64,000 nt of DNA from Candidatus Poribacteria bacterium. Its GTDB lineage: Bacteria; Poribacteria; WGA-4E; PCPOR2b. The notes under the pieces are model-generated. The model was given only the letters and a program-made list of their open reading frames with translations, ran no database searches and was not told the origin of the DNA. The position numbers and the translations under genes were made by a program. The DNA lies in contig OZ242326.1 in the NCBI GenBank assembly GCA_965208325.1, positions 192,001-256,000 of the forward strand, in the 5' to 3' direction. Position 1 is the stretch's first letter; every line of letters begins with the position of its first letter. Shown here piece by piece: positions 10,812 through 21,267 of the stretch.

Positions 10812-11501
10812 ATGGTGGATTTTAGCATGAACGCCGAACCACGTTATAACGACACATATTACAAATTCACCCAGGTCGAATCACGGATAATAAATCTGAG
10901 AGCGGGCACTGAAATTAATCTGAAAGATGTTGCCCCTCCGCTCGATTGGAATCAGGTCTTTGGTAATGGTAATCCCGTCGAAATTGAAATTGGGTGCGGC
11001 AAGGGGCGTTTTCTGGGAAAATCCGCAAAGCAGCATCCTGACATAAATTATGTTGGCGTAGAGAGAGCTCCAAAATATGTTCAGCGTACAAAGGAACACC
11101 TCCTGAAACAGAACGTTACGAGGACGCTTCTTGTGTGGAGCGACGCGTCCTATTTTGTGAATCGCTATGTTGCGCGGGAATCGGTCAAGACCTATCATGT
11201 CTACTTTCCCGATCCCTGGCCGAAAAAACGTCAGCACAAACGCCGGATCTTTAACAACGAACTTTTCATCAAAGGTTTAATTCGGACCCTCGATTCAACA
11301 GTAGGGTGCATACAACTCGCTACCGATATTCAGGAGTGTTATTCTGAAATTTGTTTAAGATTAAATCAGTTCCCGTCTCTAGTGTCTGTACCATTTGAAG
11401 CAGTAAGAGCCGATCGCATTCGAACATGTTTTGAGATAAAGTACCTTGCCGAAGGGCGGAATATCTATCGGGCAGCGTACCGCAGGCGGCACCTAAATTA
11501 A
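10812..11501 (+). CDS. trmB: tRNA (guanine-N7)-methyltransferase
   Basis: EIEIGCGKG, FPDPWPKKRQHKRR, LATD and TCFEIKY motifs. Confidence 0.93.
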   Translation: MVDFSMNAEPRYNDTYYKFTQVESRIINLRAGTEINLKDVAPPLDWNQVFGNGNPVEIEIGCGKGRFLGKSAKQHPDINYVGVERAPKYVQRTKEHLLKQNVTRTLLVWSDASYFVNRYVARESVKTYHVYFPDPWPKKRQHKRRIFNNELFIKGLIRTLDSTVGCIQLATDIQECYSEICLRLNQFPSLVSVPFEAVRADRIRTCFEIKYLAEGRNIYRAAYRRRHLN

Positions 11502-11590
11502 AAGTTTGCAGGTTTTCCGCACGCGGAACAGCAACATTCGGAATACCGCACTGCAAGCGATTATTGCCAAGAGTACCAAGAAAGTCGAAC

Positions 11591-12715
11591 ATGAGCAACT
11601 GGACGCTATGGCGAGGACAGTTTCCCGTAACGCAAAAGTATATCTACTTCAACCACGCCGGAGTGTCACCTTTATCCCTGCGCGTGCGAAAGGCGATGCA
11701 CGATTTCTTGGACGACGCTTCCGATAACGGCGCGGTCAATGTGGCTAACTGGACCGCGGCAGCAGAATCCTGCCGACGTTCAGCCGCTCAGCTAATCAAT
11801 GCCGATACAAGCGAAATTGCGTTCATGAAGAACACGACGCAAGGGCTCATCATCGCTGCAAACGGGATAGATTGGCGGCAAGGCGATAATGTCGTGACCA
11901 CGTCCGTAGAATTTCCCGCTAATGTTTATCCTTGGTGGAACTTGAAGGAGCGTTACGGCGTAGAGATGCGCATGGTGCAGGAAAAGCACGGGCAGATTTT
12001 TATTGAGGACATTGAGGCAGCAATTGACGCCCGCACCCGCGCCGTAACAATTAGTCATGTTGAGTTTGCATCGGGGTTTCGGAACGACATCGCAGCAATT
12101 GGTGAAATTTGCCGGAGGAAAGACATCTGGTTTGTCGTGGATGCGATTCAAAGCCTTGGCGTGATTGATTTAGACGTGAGGGTTTGCAATATCGACATTC
12201 TGTCCGCTGACGGGCACAAATGGTTGCTCGCTCCCGAAGGTGCGGCGATTTTCTATTGCGCCAAGGAGAAATTGGATAGATTAATTAATACCAATGTCGG
12301 ATGGGCAAGCGTGGTAAACCCTAGGGATTTCCTAAATTACGATTTCACGCAGAAACCGGATGCCACTCGGTTTGAAGAGGGATCTTACAATACCGTTGGA
12401 TTATATGGACTGTATGCAGCCATTGAACTTCTGTTGGAGGTTGGCATCGCAAGCATTGAAGCGCGTGTATTGAATCTGACGCAACGGCTAATCGACGGAC
12501 TCCAATCTAAGGCGTATAGAGTCATTACGCCAGGACTTGAATCCAAACGATCCGGAATCGTCGCGTTTGAAAGCGGCGCATATTCAACAACTGAACTTTG
12601 TAACCGCCTTCAGCGTGAAAACGTGATTGTTGCTGAACGCGGCGGCGTGCGAGTGTCCCCGCATTTCTATAACTCCGAAGCGGAAATTGACCGTGTGCTG
12701 GAGTTGTTACCGTGA
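11591..12715 (+). CDS. Class V PLP-dependent aminotransferase (cysteine desulfurase/selenocysteine lyase-like)
   Basis: YFNHAGVSP, VDAIQSLG, ADGHKWLLAPEG and RVSPHFYN. Confidence 0.9.
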   Translation: MSNWTLWRGQFPVTQKYIYFNHAGVSPLSLRVRKAMHDFLDDASDNGAVNVANWTAAAESCRRSAAQLINADTSEIAFMKNTTQGLIIAANGIDWRQGDNVVTTSVEFPANVYPWWNLKERYGVEMRMVQEKHGQIFIEDIEAAIDARTRAVTISHVEFASGFRNDIAAIGEICRRKDIWFVVDAIQSLGVIDLDVRVCNIDILSADGHKWLLAPEGAAIFYCAKEKLDRLINTNVGWASVVNPRDFLNYDFTQKPDATRFEEGSYNTVGLYGLYAAIELLLEVGIASIEARVLNLTQRLIDGLQSKAYRVITPGLESKRSGIVAFESGAYSTTELCNRLQRENVIVAERGGVRVSPHFYNSEAEIDRVLELLP

Positions 12716-12765
12716 GAGATTTGCTCGAACCAGAATCCTGCGCGTTGTGAATAAGGGAAGGGGGC

Positions 12766-12800
12766 AGAAACCAAGTTTTTATCTTGGAAACTCGGTTTCT
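12766..12800. repeat. Palindromic AAACCnAGTTTT...AAACTCGGTTTC repeat; other copies at about 15774-15805 and 26595-26627
   Basis: Three similar intergenic imperfect palindromes. Confidence 0.8.
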
Positions 12801-12875
12801 TTACAAGCGCCCTGGCTATCGCCGTCTCTCTAACTCCAAAATTAAAAACCACTTAAACGATAAAGGAATTTTTAA

Positions 12876-13313
12876 ATGATTAAAACAAAGATATTTGCCG
12901 TGTTACTAATCGCTTGGATTTCAGTTTCGTTTTTGGGATGCGGTGATAGTGATGACGGTCCAGTCAATCCGGTTGAGCCAGACGTTGAACTTGAGCTGAT
13001 GTACGACGATCCAGCACAGGCTGGCAGGCCCGTTCCTTCATTCTCGAACGATATTCTGCCTATCCTCACTCAACGGTGTGCATTGTCCGGTTGCCACGTT
13101 GCCGGCGGACCGCACGGCGTCGATCTCAGGACGTATGAGTCCGTCCAAAAGGGAGGAGAACACGGCGCAATCGTCGTTGCGGGCAATGCGGCCGAAAGCG
13201 AGATGGTCGAAGAAATAGTAGAGGGCAATATGCCGCTGGGCGGGCCGCGGCTGAAAACCGCTCAAATTCAACTCATTATTGACTGGGTCAACTCGGGCGC
13301 AAATAACGATTGA
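12876..13313 (+). CDS. Lipoprotein with a Planctomycete-type c-type cytochrome domain
   Basis: Lipobox FLGC; SFSNDILPIL, CALSGCH heme motif, GNMP distal Met, IIDWVNSGA. Confidence 0.8.
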   Translation: MIKTKIFAVLLIAWISVSFLGCGDSDDGPVNPVEPDVELELMYDDPAQAGRPVPSFSNDILPILTQRCALSGCHVAGGPHGVDLRTYESVQKGGEHGAIVVAGNAAESEMVEEIVEGNMPLGGPRLKTAQIQLIIDWVNSGANND

Positions 13314-13457
13314 ATCCGAAACGCTTCCGAGTACGTTGTTACGAGTGCGTACTCATTCCGCTCCTTAGCAAGCTAACTATTGCCCGCAAGTCTCTGGAGT
13401 TAGACGCCGTCTATGTTTGGGCTAAGAACGATTGTTCCTTTCGGTATGTTGTAAACT

Positions 13458-13508
13458 GTGGGAGGGACATCCCTGTCCCGATAATCAGGGCTAGGAAGCC
13501 TTTCCCAC
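13458..13508. repeat. Inverted pair of REP-like hairpins (REPIN-like)
   Basis: GTGGGAGGGACATCCCTGTCCCGAT followed by ATCAGGGCTAGGAAGCCTTTCCCAC; related copy at 62201. Confidence 0.6.
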
Positions 13509-13649
13509 ATGTGTTTTAAAACATTGTTACGTCAAGAATGAGGGGCGGCAAAACTCATTCCCCTCCTTACCAAGGAGGGGCAAGGGGAGGTTAACCGAAA
13601 TACCACCCTTTGTCTATTCGCCAAATTATCAAAAAGAGAACTTTAACCC

Positions 13650-14450
13650 ATGAACGACGCCGAAAAATATCTCTTTGACCTAAACGGTTATCTCGTCGTC
13701 GAGGGCGTGCTCCCACCCGACGAAGTCGCCCGCGCCAACGAAGCCATCGACCGTCATTGGCATCGGAATAAAATTCGTTCCCGCGAGGAGACATTAGACG
13801 GCGGCTCAACGTCGCTCCGGGGTGAGCAGGGACGCGGCGAACTGGGCAATATGCTTGATTGGGAAGAGCCGTGGTGCAACCCTTTCCGAGAAATGTTGGC
13901 GCATCCACGGATTGTCCCTTATCTTCATCAACTCCTCGGCAAAGGTTTTCGGATGGATCATCCGATGATTCTTTTGTCGATGGAAAAAGGAGCGGAAGGC
14001 TTTCTGTTTCACGGGTCTTCAGGTCCCGGCTTCGATCCAAACCAATATTACATCGTCCGTGACGGCAAGATACATAACGGGCTGACAGTTGTGGCATTTC
14101 AACTCATGGATGTGAATCCGGGTGACGGGGGGTTGATTGTCATCCCCGGTAGCCACAAGAGCAATTTCCCATGCCCCGAAGAGATACGCCGCTACAAAAA
14201 CTATCAAGAACACGTTCGGCAGGTTGTCTGCAAAGCCGGAGATGTGGTTATCTTCACTGAAGCCGTCACGCACGGGACGCTGCCTTGGACTTCGGATCGT
14301 CCGCGCCGGTCGATATTGATGCGGTACACCACCGGAAACATGGCGTATGTTCCCGCCTACCCCATCCCTGAATGGGCAAATGAGCGGGAGCGAACCGTGA
14401 TGGAACCGCCGTACCATACGCGCCTAAACCGCCCAGTGTTGGACGAATAG
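13650..14450 (+). CDS. PhyH-family Fe/2OG enzyme with a non-canonical HxS motif
   Basis: FDLNGYLVV, GGLIVIPGSHK, AGDVVIFTEAVTHGT, RRSILMRY. Confidence 0.88.
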   Translation: MNDAEKYLFDLNGYLVVEGVLPPDEVARANEAIDRHWHRNKIRSREETLDGGSTSLRGEQGRGELGNMLDWEEPWCNPFREMLAHPRIVPYLHQLLGKGFRMDHPMILLSMEKGAEGFLFHGSSGPGFDPNQYYIVRDGKIHNGLTVVAFQLMDVNPGDGGLIVIPGSHKSNFPCPEEIRRYKNYQEHVRQVVCKAGDVVIFTEAVTHGTLPWTSDRPRRSILMRYTTGNMAYVPAYPIPEWANERERTVMEPPYHTRLNRPVLDE

Positions 14451-14667
14451 AACTAACAGATCGACATTTCTCGAAATACTTCTGTCTAACAGTCGGGTGT
14501 ATTGGCATTTTGGGGTTGCCAATTCAAAAAAGCGGCCGTGTAAATTGCCAAAAACCCTAGTTGGGTGAGACGCGCGGCCTATAAGCGTAACCACGAGGAT
14601 TGCCCCTACAAGGATGATGTGGGGGCAGGTCTTGTGCCTGCCTAAAAACTCTGGCCGGTGGTAAAAG

Positions 14668-15540
14668 CTAGTCATCGTCGATGTTCATTGAGAACCGCGC
14701 CCAAACCGGGCGGCGGTCGCTCACCGCTTGTGATGCGGCCAGGTCGTTATTCGCCCAATCCTTTTCATCGAACTTATCAATCCCGCATTCGCCTGTGTAC
14801 TCGGATGTATGCCCGCTCTGGAAAAAGATGTTGTCGAATAGGCTGGTATCTTCGATATGAGATGCTAACGGTAAGTCAAACAGATTCATCATCGAGGGAA
14901 TTGACTCGAGCCGCGCAAAGGCCCGGCTGTCGTCCGGATTGCGGTTGAAGTCTCCGAGAAGAATTACGTCATTTTCGTTTGCGTCCGCATGTTGAACCTG
15001 CCGGTAAACATCTGCAAGGCTTTGTATTTCTCGCTGCCTCTCCTCCACCTTCCCCCAAACCACCCGCACTACAATTACCGTGAAATCGAAACTACCAGCA
15101 CGGAACGTAGCGAAGTACGGATCGCGGATAAAGTCTTCCTCACCGTCCGCACCATCGTCATACAACTGCCCCGGTGCGGAAACTGTAGCGAATTGCGGGT
15201 CATAAAGGAACGCAAACCGCTCCGTCATGTGACGCCCTACCGCGGGGCTGATGAGATACTCGTATCTTCGTCCCATCTCCTCCAACTGTGTTACAGTACG
15301 CTTCAACACCTGTTCATCGCGTAACTCCACCAGCGCCGCAATGTCATAGCCGATAAGCACGTCCGCAATACGTTTCACCTCGGCGGCATCCCGGCTTTTA
15401 TCGCTAAAGACGCGGACGTTCCACGCAGCCACATCAACCGTGTGCTTCTCAACCTGCTTTTCGCAACCCAAACTCAACACTGCCATCGTCGCGCCAAGAA
15501 GAATGATGTGAATCCTGCCCCATTGGAAAAACTTTAACAT
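14668..15540 (-). CDS. DNase I-like endonuclease/exonuclease/phosphatase lipoprotein; both catalytic His replaced
   Basis: Lipobox SLGC; AWNVRVF, ERFAFLYD, FIRDPY, GDFN, FDNIFF, VSDRRPVW. Confidence 0.85.
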   Translation of the reverse strand: MLKFFQWGRIHIILLGATMAVLSLGCEKQVEKHTVDVAAWNVRVFSDKSRDAAEVKRIADVLIGYDIAALVELRDEQVLKRTVTQLEEMGRRYEYLISPAVGRHMTERFAFLYDPQFATVSAPGQLYDDGADGEEDFIRDPYFATFRAGSFDFTVIVVRVVWGKVEERQREIQSLADVYRQVQHADANENDVILLGDFNRNPDDSRAFARLESIPSMMNLFDLPLASHIEDTSLFDNIFFQSGHTSEYTGECGIDKFDEKDWANNDLAASQAVSDRRPVWARFSMNIDDD

Positions 15541-15835
15541 TGCTATAATATTGCCTTAACTATGTGATATAATTGAGAGCGGTTTAGCTTTCGCTCAATA
15601 AGAGTGCGCACCGCCGATTGTATATCTTATACATGGTCAAATAACGAATGTCAAGGACTTATTTCGGGGATATTTTCAGACATCTGAGGTTGAAATCACA
15701 GGTGCGTTTTGCAACTATTGCGGACACGCGCAACGCTTCTCGCATACATGCCGGCGGCGAAGAAATTGACTAAAAACCAAGTTTTTTCTTCAAAACTCGG
15801 TTTCTTAACGCAACGGTTTTAACGGCGAAATTCCT

Positions 15836-15864
15836 TTGAGATTTGATGTGTCTTGTGCTACTAT
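15836..15864 (+). promoter_or_regulatory. Possible sigma70 promoter upstream of acnA
   Basis: TTGAGA-17 bp-TACTAT with TG extension. Confidence 0.4.
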
Positions 15865-15993
15865 AAGACGCCATTCCTGCAAACTCACGCTCGGCAATGG
15901 GGAGGCGGTGTAGAGTGAATCCCTTATCAAAAAGGCGAAGGTGTGTGGTGAAGAAGATGAATCAACCTTTATTCTTAACTCAAATGACCACAA

Positions 15994-16068
15994 AAAGCCC
16001 CAGCGGGGCGATAGGTGTATAGAAAAAAGAGCAAAACCTCCCCTAAAGCCCCAGCGGGGCGACAGGTG
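15994..16068 (+). repeat. Two direct copies of the REP-like unit AAAGCCCCAGCGGGGCGAYAGGTG; related copies near 31334 and 31415
   Basis: 24-nt repeats at 15994-16017 and 16045-16068 with one mismatch and an internal GCCCC/GGGGC hairpin. Confidence 0.8.
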
Positions 16069-16212
16069 GGTTTCATTGAGTTGGTGCTCAACAAACTTAA
16101 TTAATTGTCATTGGTTTCGAGATTCCTAGTTGAATAGAGTCCTGCAATTGAATACCTACCTTTAGAAATTCAACTGCGTAAGTCCTATTTAGCGATCAGA
16201 AGGAGTAACATC

Positions 16213-18924
16213 ATGTCCAAGTCTATGCACAATCTGTGGAATACGCTTTGTTCATTTGAATGCGGTGCGGTGCAACGCCAATACTACTCGATTTCAGTGT
16301 TAGAGGAACAGGGGATTGGTCCAATTTCTCGGTTGCCCGTGAGTCTGCGGATTGTGCTTGAATCGCTGTTGAGAAATTATGATAACCAGCAGATTACAGA
16401 ACAAGATGTCGAAAATCTGGCAAATTGGGACGCGAAAACGCCTAAACCTGTCGAAATCCCCTTTAAACCTGCGCGCGTCATAGCTCAAGATTTCACGGGC
16501 GTACCGCTTCTCGTTGATCTCGCCGCGATGCGATCGGCTGTCGATGAACTCAACAGCAATCCGCAAATTATCGAACCGGTCATTCCGGTCGATCTGGTGA
16601 TAGATCATTCTGTGCAAGTCGATGCTTACCGCTCTGAAAACGCCCTGCAAATCAATACCAGAATCGAATTTGAACGGAACAAAGAGCGGTACGAATTTCT
16701 TAAGTGGGGGCAGGGCGCATTTAACAGTTTCAAGATAGTTCCGCCGTCAATCGGCATCGTGCATCAGGTGAATCTGGAATATCTGGCGAGGCTCGTCGTA
16801 GATAGCCGCCTTAACGGAAGTGGCGTGGCTTACCCGGACACCTTGGTAGGAACTGATTCCCACACAACCATGATCAACGGTTTGGGAATCGTCGGTTGGG
16901 GGGTCGGCGGTATTGAAGCCGAAGCCGCCATGTTAGGTCAGCCGGTATACATCTTAACGCCGGAGGTGGTCGGGGTAAACTTGAGCGGCTCGCTGCATGA
17001 TGGCGTCACGGCGACGGACCTTGTCTTAACGGTCACACAGAGGTTGCGTGAGACCAAAGTTGTCGGAAAGTTCGTCGAATTCTTCGGTGAAGGCGTCGAA
17101 GCCCTCTCTCTGCCGGATCGTGCGACCATCTCAAACATGTGTCCCGAATACGGCGCGACAATCGGCTTTTTCCCCCCTGACGCCGAAACCATGCGTTACC
17201 TCAACCAAACCGGCAGAGAAGAATCACAGGTTGCGCTGGTGGAAGAGTATCTCAAACGGCAGCAGTTGTTCGGTATTCCCAAGACCGGAGATATAGATTA
17301 TTCTTCCGTGTTGACCATCGAACTCGATGCCATTGAACCGAGCATTTCGGGGCCCAAGCGGCCGCAGGATCGCATTGTTATCTCAAAAGTCAAAGACACC
17401 TTCTCCAATCTCTTGAAGCAGCCGATTACGGATGGCGGATACGGACTTTCTGAATCCGACTTTCATCTGCATGGAAGCGTACCTACTCAAGGCGAGCAAA
17501 TAACGCACGGTTCAGTCGTCATTGCCGCCATCACCAGTTGCACCAACACTAGTAATCCTTCCGTGATGATCGGCGCCGGACTACTGGCAAAGAAAGCCGT
17601 CGAGCACGGTCTCCGAGTTCCCGATTATGTCAAAACCAGCCTCGCGCCCGGTTCGCGGGTTGTCACGGAGTATCTAAACCAAACCGGATTGCTCGGTTAT
17701 CTTGAAAAATTGGGGTTCGGGCTCGTGGGATACGGTTGCACCACCTGCATCGGAAACAGCGGCCCTTTAGATGAGACTGTCCAACGCAGAATTGACGAGG
17801 AAAACTTAGTTACCGCCAGCGTTCTCAGCGGCAACCGCAATTTTGAAGCGCGCGTCCACCGAGATGTCAAAGCCAATTTCCTAATGTCCCCGCCGCTTGT
17901 TGTCGCTTACGCGCTGGCTGGCACCATTGATATTGACCTTAATGGCGAACCGTTGGGATATTCTGATGCGGGTGCGCCCGTATACCTCGCCGATGTCTGG
18001 CCCGCGAGTCGTGAGATTGCCGAATTGGTGAGCCAGTCGGTTGATCCAGCCTCGTTTAAACGTCTGTACGCAAAGATTGACGACCAGAGCCCGGAATGGG
18101 ACAAGTTAGAACCGCCCGAAGGCGGAATTTATCGTTGGAGCGAGGCAAGTACATACATTCAGAAGCCGCCGTTTTTTGAAACTTTTAAACTCCAACCCGA
18201 ATCCATTACCGATATTAGGGGCGCGCGCGTCCTCGCCCTGCTTGGCGATTCGGTGACGACCGACCACATCTCTCCGGCTGGCGCAATTGGTGCCGATAGC
18301 CCGGCTGGAAAATACCTGGTGAGTCGGAACATCCCGGTCAAAGACTTCAACACATACGGGTCGCGGCGCGGAAACGACCGCGTGATGACGCGCGGAACGT
18401 TTGCGAACAATCGCGTCAAGAACTTGATGCTGCCCGGCGTCGAAGGCGGTTATACGCTCAAATTTCCCTCTAAAGAAAAGACTTCAATCTATGACGCCGC
18501 GCAATATTATGCCGAGCAGGGCACGTCGCTCGTCGTGTTTGCGGGCGCAGAATACGGTTCCGGAAGTTCTCGGGATTGGGCGGCTAAAGGTGTTGCCCTG
18601 TTAGGTGTCCGGGCTGTCGTCGCCGAGAGTTTTGAGCGGATCCATCGGAGCAACCTGATTGGTATGGGGGTGCTGCCGTTACAGTTTCAGGGCGGCGAGA
18701 GCATTCAGTCTCTGAACCTAGACGGAAGTGAAATCATCAATATCACCGGTATTGAAACCAATCTTGAACCCGGACAGACAGTCAACATGGCATATATTGA
18801 CGAATCTGGCGCGCAGTGCCAGACACAATTGCTAGTTCGAATAGATACCCCGGTCGAAGTCGAATATTACCGGCACGGCGGAATCCTCAACTACGTCTTG
18901 AGAAATCTAATGGCATCAGAATAA
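16213..18924 (+). CDS. acnA: Aconitate hydratase A
   Basis: [68 protein letters not shown]. Confidence 0.98.
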   Translation: MSKSMHNLWNTLCSFECGAVQRQYYSISVLEEQGIGPISRLPVSLRIVLESLLRNYDNQQITEQDVENLANWDAKTPKPVEIPFKPARVIAQDFTGVPLLVDLAAMRSAVDELNSNPQIIEPVIPVDLVIDHSVQVDAYRSENALQINTRIEFERNKERYEFLKWGQGAFNSFKIVPPSIGIVHQVNLEYLARLVVDSRLNGSGVAYPDTLVGTDSHTTMINGLGIVGWGVGGIEAEAAMLGQPVYILTPEVVGVNLSGSLHDGVTATDLVLTVTQRLRETKVVGKFVEFFGEGVEALSLPDRATISNMCPEYGATIGFFPPDAETMRYLNQTGREESQVALVEEYLKRQQLFGIPKTGDIDYSSVLTIELDAIEPSISGPKRPQDRIVISKVKDTFSNLLKQPITDGGYGLSESDFHLHGSVPTQGEQITHGSVVIAAITSCTNTSNPSVMIGAGLLAKKAVEHGLRVPDYVKTSLAPGSRVVTEYLNQTGLLGYLEKLGFGLVGYGCTTCIGNSGPLDETVQRRIDEENLVTASVLSGNRNFEARVHRDVKANFLMSPPLVVAYALAGTIDIDLNGEPLGYSDAGAPVYLADVWPASREIAELVSQSVDPASFKRLYAKIDDQSPEWDKLEPPEGGIYRWSEASTYIQKPPFFETFKLQPESITDIRGARVLALLGDSVTTDHISPAGAIGADSPAGKYLVSRNIPVKDFNTYGSRRGNDRVMTRGTFANNRVKNLMLPGVEGGYTLKFPSKEKTSIYDAAQYYAEQGTSLVVFAGAEYGSGSSRDWAAKGVALLGVRAVVAESFERIHRSNLIGMGVLPLQFQGGESIQSLNLDGSEIINITGIETNLEPGQTVNMAYIDESGAQCQTQLLVRIDTPVEVEYYRHGGILNYVLRNLMASE

Positions 18925-18971
18925 ACCGCGGAACGCCAAGCAACAACTAATGAGAATCGAGTTTCGAGGTG

Positions 18972-19404
18972 AGGACTTACGCAATTCGGTTTGAAATAGC
19001 GCAATTCATTTCGTGTCGGCAGGTCGTTCACTTACTAGGGCGTGTTGACATTTATGTAAAACGGCCTGTAATCGTAGGGGCGAGGTTGCCTCGCCCATTG
19101 ACCAACGCGGGCAGGGAACTTCCAACCATACAGATTGAGTCGAATTTGGTCAAACAACCTACAGCAGTCGGAAATCGTATCTGATTGTGAAAAAAGGGTT
19201 GGGGGACCCAACCCCTACGAAGCGTCATGTGTCTGTGCACCGTTCTTGATTGTCCGGTTGCGATGAAATGTCAACAAAACCTAATACACCGCCTGACACG
19301 CTGTTTTGTGTAGAGGCGGGCAAAATAGAGGATTCCTATCGCAGTCGCTATTCGCTCCCTTAATTCCTACTACGAACCATTGGCTGTTCACCCGCGTAAA
19401 TCCT
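18972..19404. mobile_element. Nested MITE/REP module
   Basis: Outer inverted repeat AGGACTTACGC/GCGTAAATCCT. Inner element 19038-19281 has ends GGGCGTGTTGACATTT/AAATGTCAACAAAACC and is flanked by TA. It encloses inverted GTAG-type REPs at 19073-19096 and 19196-19219. Confidence 0.6.
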
Positions 19405-19420
19405 AAAGGAGTAGACTAGA

Positions 19421-19795
19421 ATGCCGTTCTGCCCGGAATGCAACGCTGAATATCTTGAAAGTGTTTCGGTATGTGCGGACTGTCAGGTCGCGCTAGTCCC
19501 TGAGCGCCAATCCGAAGACACCGTTGAATACATCAATTGGGAGGTTGTCCACCAAGTCCCCAATGAAGTAGTTGGAAACATCATCAAGGGCGTGTTGGAG
19601 TCGGCTGGTTTCGATGTCCTGTTGCGGTCGTATGAAGTCGTCGCTCACGGCGGACTCAGCCCAAAACCTCAATGGGGCGATATTCTCGTTCGCGGTGACG
19701 ATGTGGAACGTGCGGAAGCCATTGTCGATTCGTACATTTCCTCCTTATCGGAAGATGACGCCGAGAGTCGCGAATCTGAACTCGAAAACGTGTGA
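19421..19795 (+). CDS. Zinc-ribbon plus DUF2007-like protein
   Basis: CPEC...CADC, IIKGVLESAG, ILVRGDDVERA; AAGGAG RBS. Confidence 0.8.
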   Translation: MPFCPECNAEYLESVSVCADCQVALVPERQSEDTVEYINWEVVHQVPNEVVGNIIKGVLESAGFDVLLRSYEVVAHGGLSPKPQWGDILVRGDDVERAEAIVDSYISSLSEDDAESRESELENV

Positions 19796-19819
19796 ACTTA
19801 ATGCGGAGGAATTGCTTTA

Positions 19820-21190
19820 ATGATTTACTTACGCTTGATTTGCGCCGTATGCCTTCTTATTGGTGTAAATTTTACCGCTTTTGCCGATTATCGAATCGAG
19901 CCGGGGGATACCCTCCAAATTGTTGTCATCGGTCAAGCTGATTACTCTCAGACGGTAAAAGTCAGAGCGGACGGGATGATAAGCTACGTTGACGGCGATC
20001 TGCCGGTTTCCGGCAAGACGCCGGAGGAGGTTCGGCTGCAAATCTTGGAACACCTGCGTCAACAAAAGCAGCTTTTGAGTCCGAATATCATGGTTTCACC
20101 GCTGCCCGCGGAGGACGAAATTTTTGTCGGCGGTGCGGTTAACTTGCCAAACCGTTACCCGCTTCAGTTGCAGGATGAAATTGGGTTGGACCACGCCATC
20201 GCAATGGCGGGTGGCGCTGACGCCAAAGCAGATCTCACCCGCGTCCAAATATATCGCCAAGATGGCACCGTCGAGCAATATGACCGCTCTCTAGGGGCTG
20301 ATTATGAATACATCCTCGTCCGCGGAGGCGATTTGGTGCGCGTACTGGCGCAAGGCGTCGTTGATGTGCAGGGGCAGGTCAACAAACCCGGAAGAATCCT
20401 GATTCAGGATGGCATCCAAATTGGCGACGCACTCGCCCGCGCGGGCGGTCCTGATAATAGGGCGGACCTTTCCAAATTAGTCATTGTCAGACGCGGAAGC
20501 GAGCCAATCGAAGTCAACCGCGCTGAGCCGTTTTGGCGGAGTGCCAAGGAATCCGGCGGTAAGTATCTGCTGGTAGACGGTGACACGCTGTATGTCCCGC
20601 CGCGCGGCGTGGTCGAAGTGCAGGGTCAAGTCAACGTCCCGGGCAGTAGAATAGCGATTCGCGACCGAATTCGGGTAGCCGATGCCATCTCGCGGGCGGG
20701 AGGCGCAGATGATAGAGCCGACCTTTCCGAATTGGTTATCACCAGAACCGATGGCGAAAGGGTCGAAATTAGCATCCCAGATCGATTTTGGGAAGAACCC
20801 AGCGATGGCGAAACGGAGCACTATTTGTATGATGGAGATTCACTGTATGTTCCCAACGCCTATGAGGTCGAAACCATATATGTGCTCGGTTATGTACGTA
20901 ATCCCGGCGCCTACAAGATTCGCGATCCGATTACACCGGCGCAAGCCATCGCTCACGCTGGCGGAGAAGAGGCGGAGGCGAATCTCGGAGATATAGAAAT
21001 CATTCGAAAAGACGGAAGCGTCGAAAAAATCAATCTTAAAGAACACAAGAAACAGATGCAAGAAACCAAGATTTTACTGCATCCAGGCGACTCCATGCGG
21101 GTCAATAAGGGGTTTCAGATTAACTGGGGATTGGTTCTGAATTTCCTCTCGGTCACAACGGTCACAATAGGCCTCATCATCAGCAACTAA
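19820..21190 (+). CDS. Polysaccharide export protein (Wza/KpsD-like) with multiple SLBB domains
   Basis: Signal peptide, YRIEPGDTL...VRADGMISY, repeated V.GQVNxPG...AIxxAGG units, hydrophobic C-terminal helix. Confidence 0.88.
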   Translation: MIYLRLICAVCLLIGVNFTAFADYRIEPGDTLQIVVIGQADYSQTVKVRADGMISYVDGDLPVSGKTPEEVRLQILEHLRQQKQLLSPNIMVSPLPAEDEIFVGGAVNLPNRYPLQLQDEIGLDHAIAMAGGADAKADLTRVQIYRQDGTVEQYDRSLGADYEYILVRGGDLVRVLAQGVVDVQGQVNKPGRILIQDGIQIGDALARAGGPDNRADLSKLVIVRRGSEPIEVNRAEPFWRSAKESGGKYLLVDGDTLYVPPRGVVEVQGQVNVPGSRIAIRDRIRVADAISRAGGADDRADLSELVITRTDGERVEISIPDRFWEEPSDGETEHYLYDGDSLYVPNAYEVETIYVLGYVRNPGAYKIRDPITPAQAIAHAGGEEAEANLGDIEIIRKDGSVEKINLKEHKKQMQETKILLHPGDSMRVNKGFQINWGLVLNFLSVTTVTIGLIISN

Positions 21191-21267
21191 TCTCGCCTTT
21201 CGTACATTCTCTTCGCCCAAGGTTTATTAAAAATTGGACGAAGAAAAGAGTCGCTCACATACTAATC

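Noticed and set aside
15994..16068. Two 24-nt repeats with a 27-nt spacer as a mini CRISPR
   Set aside because: Only two units, no cas genes, and related copies occur singly elsewhere, so it behaves like a REP family.
15865..16212. Regulatory RNA in the acnA leader
   Set aside because: No recognisable motif, and much of the structure is explained by REP-like repeats.
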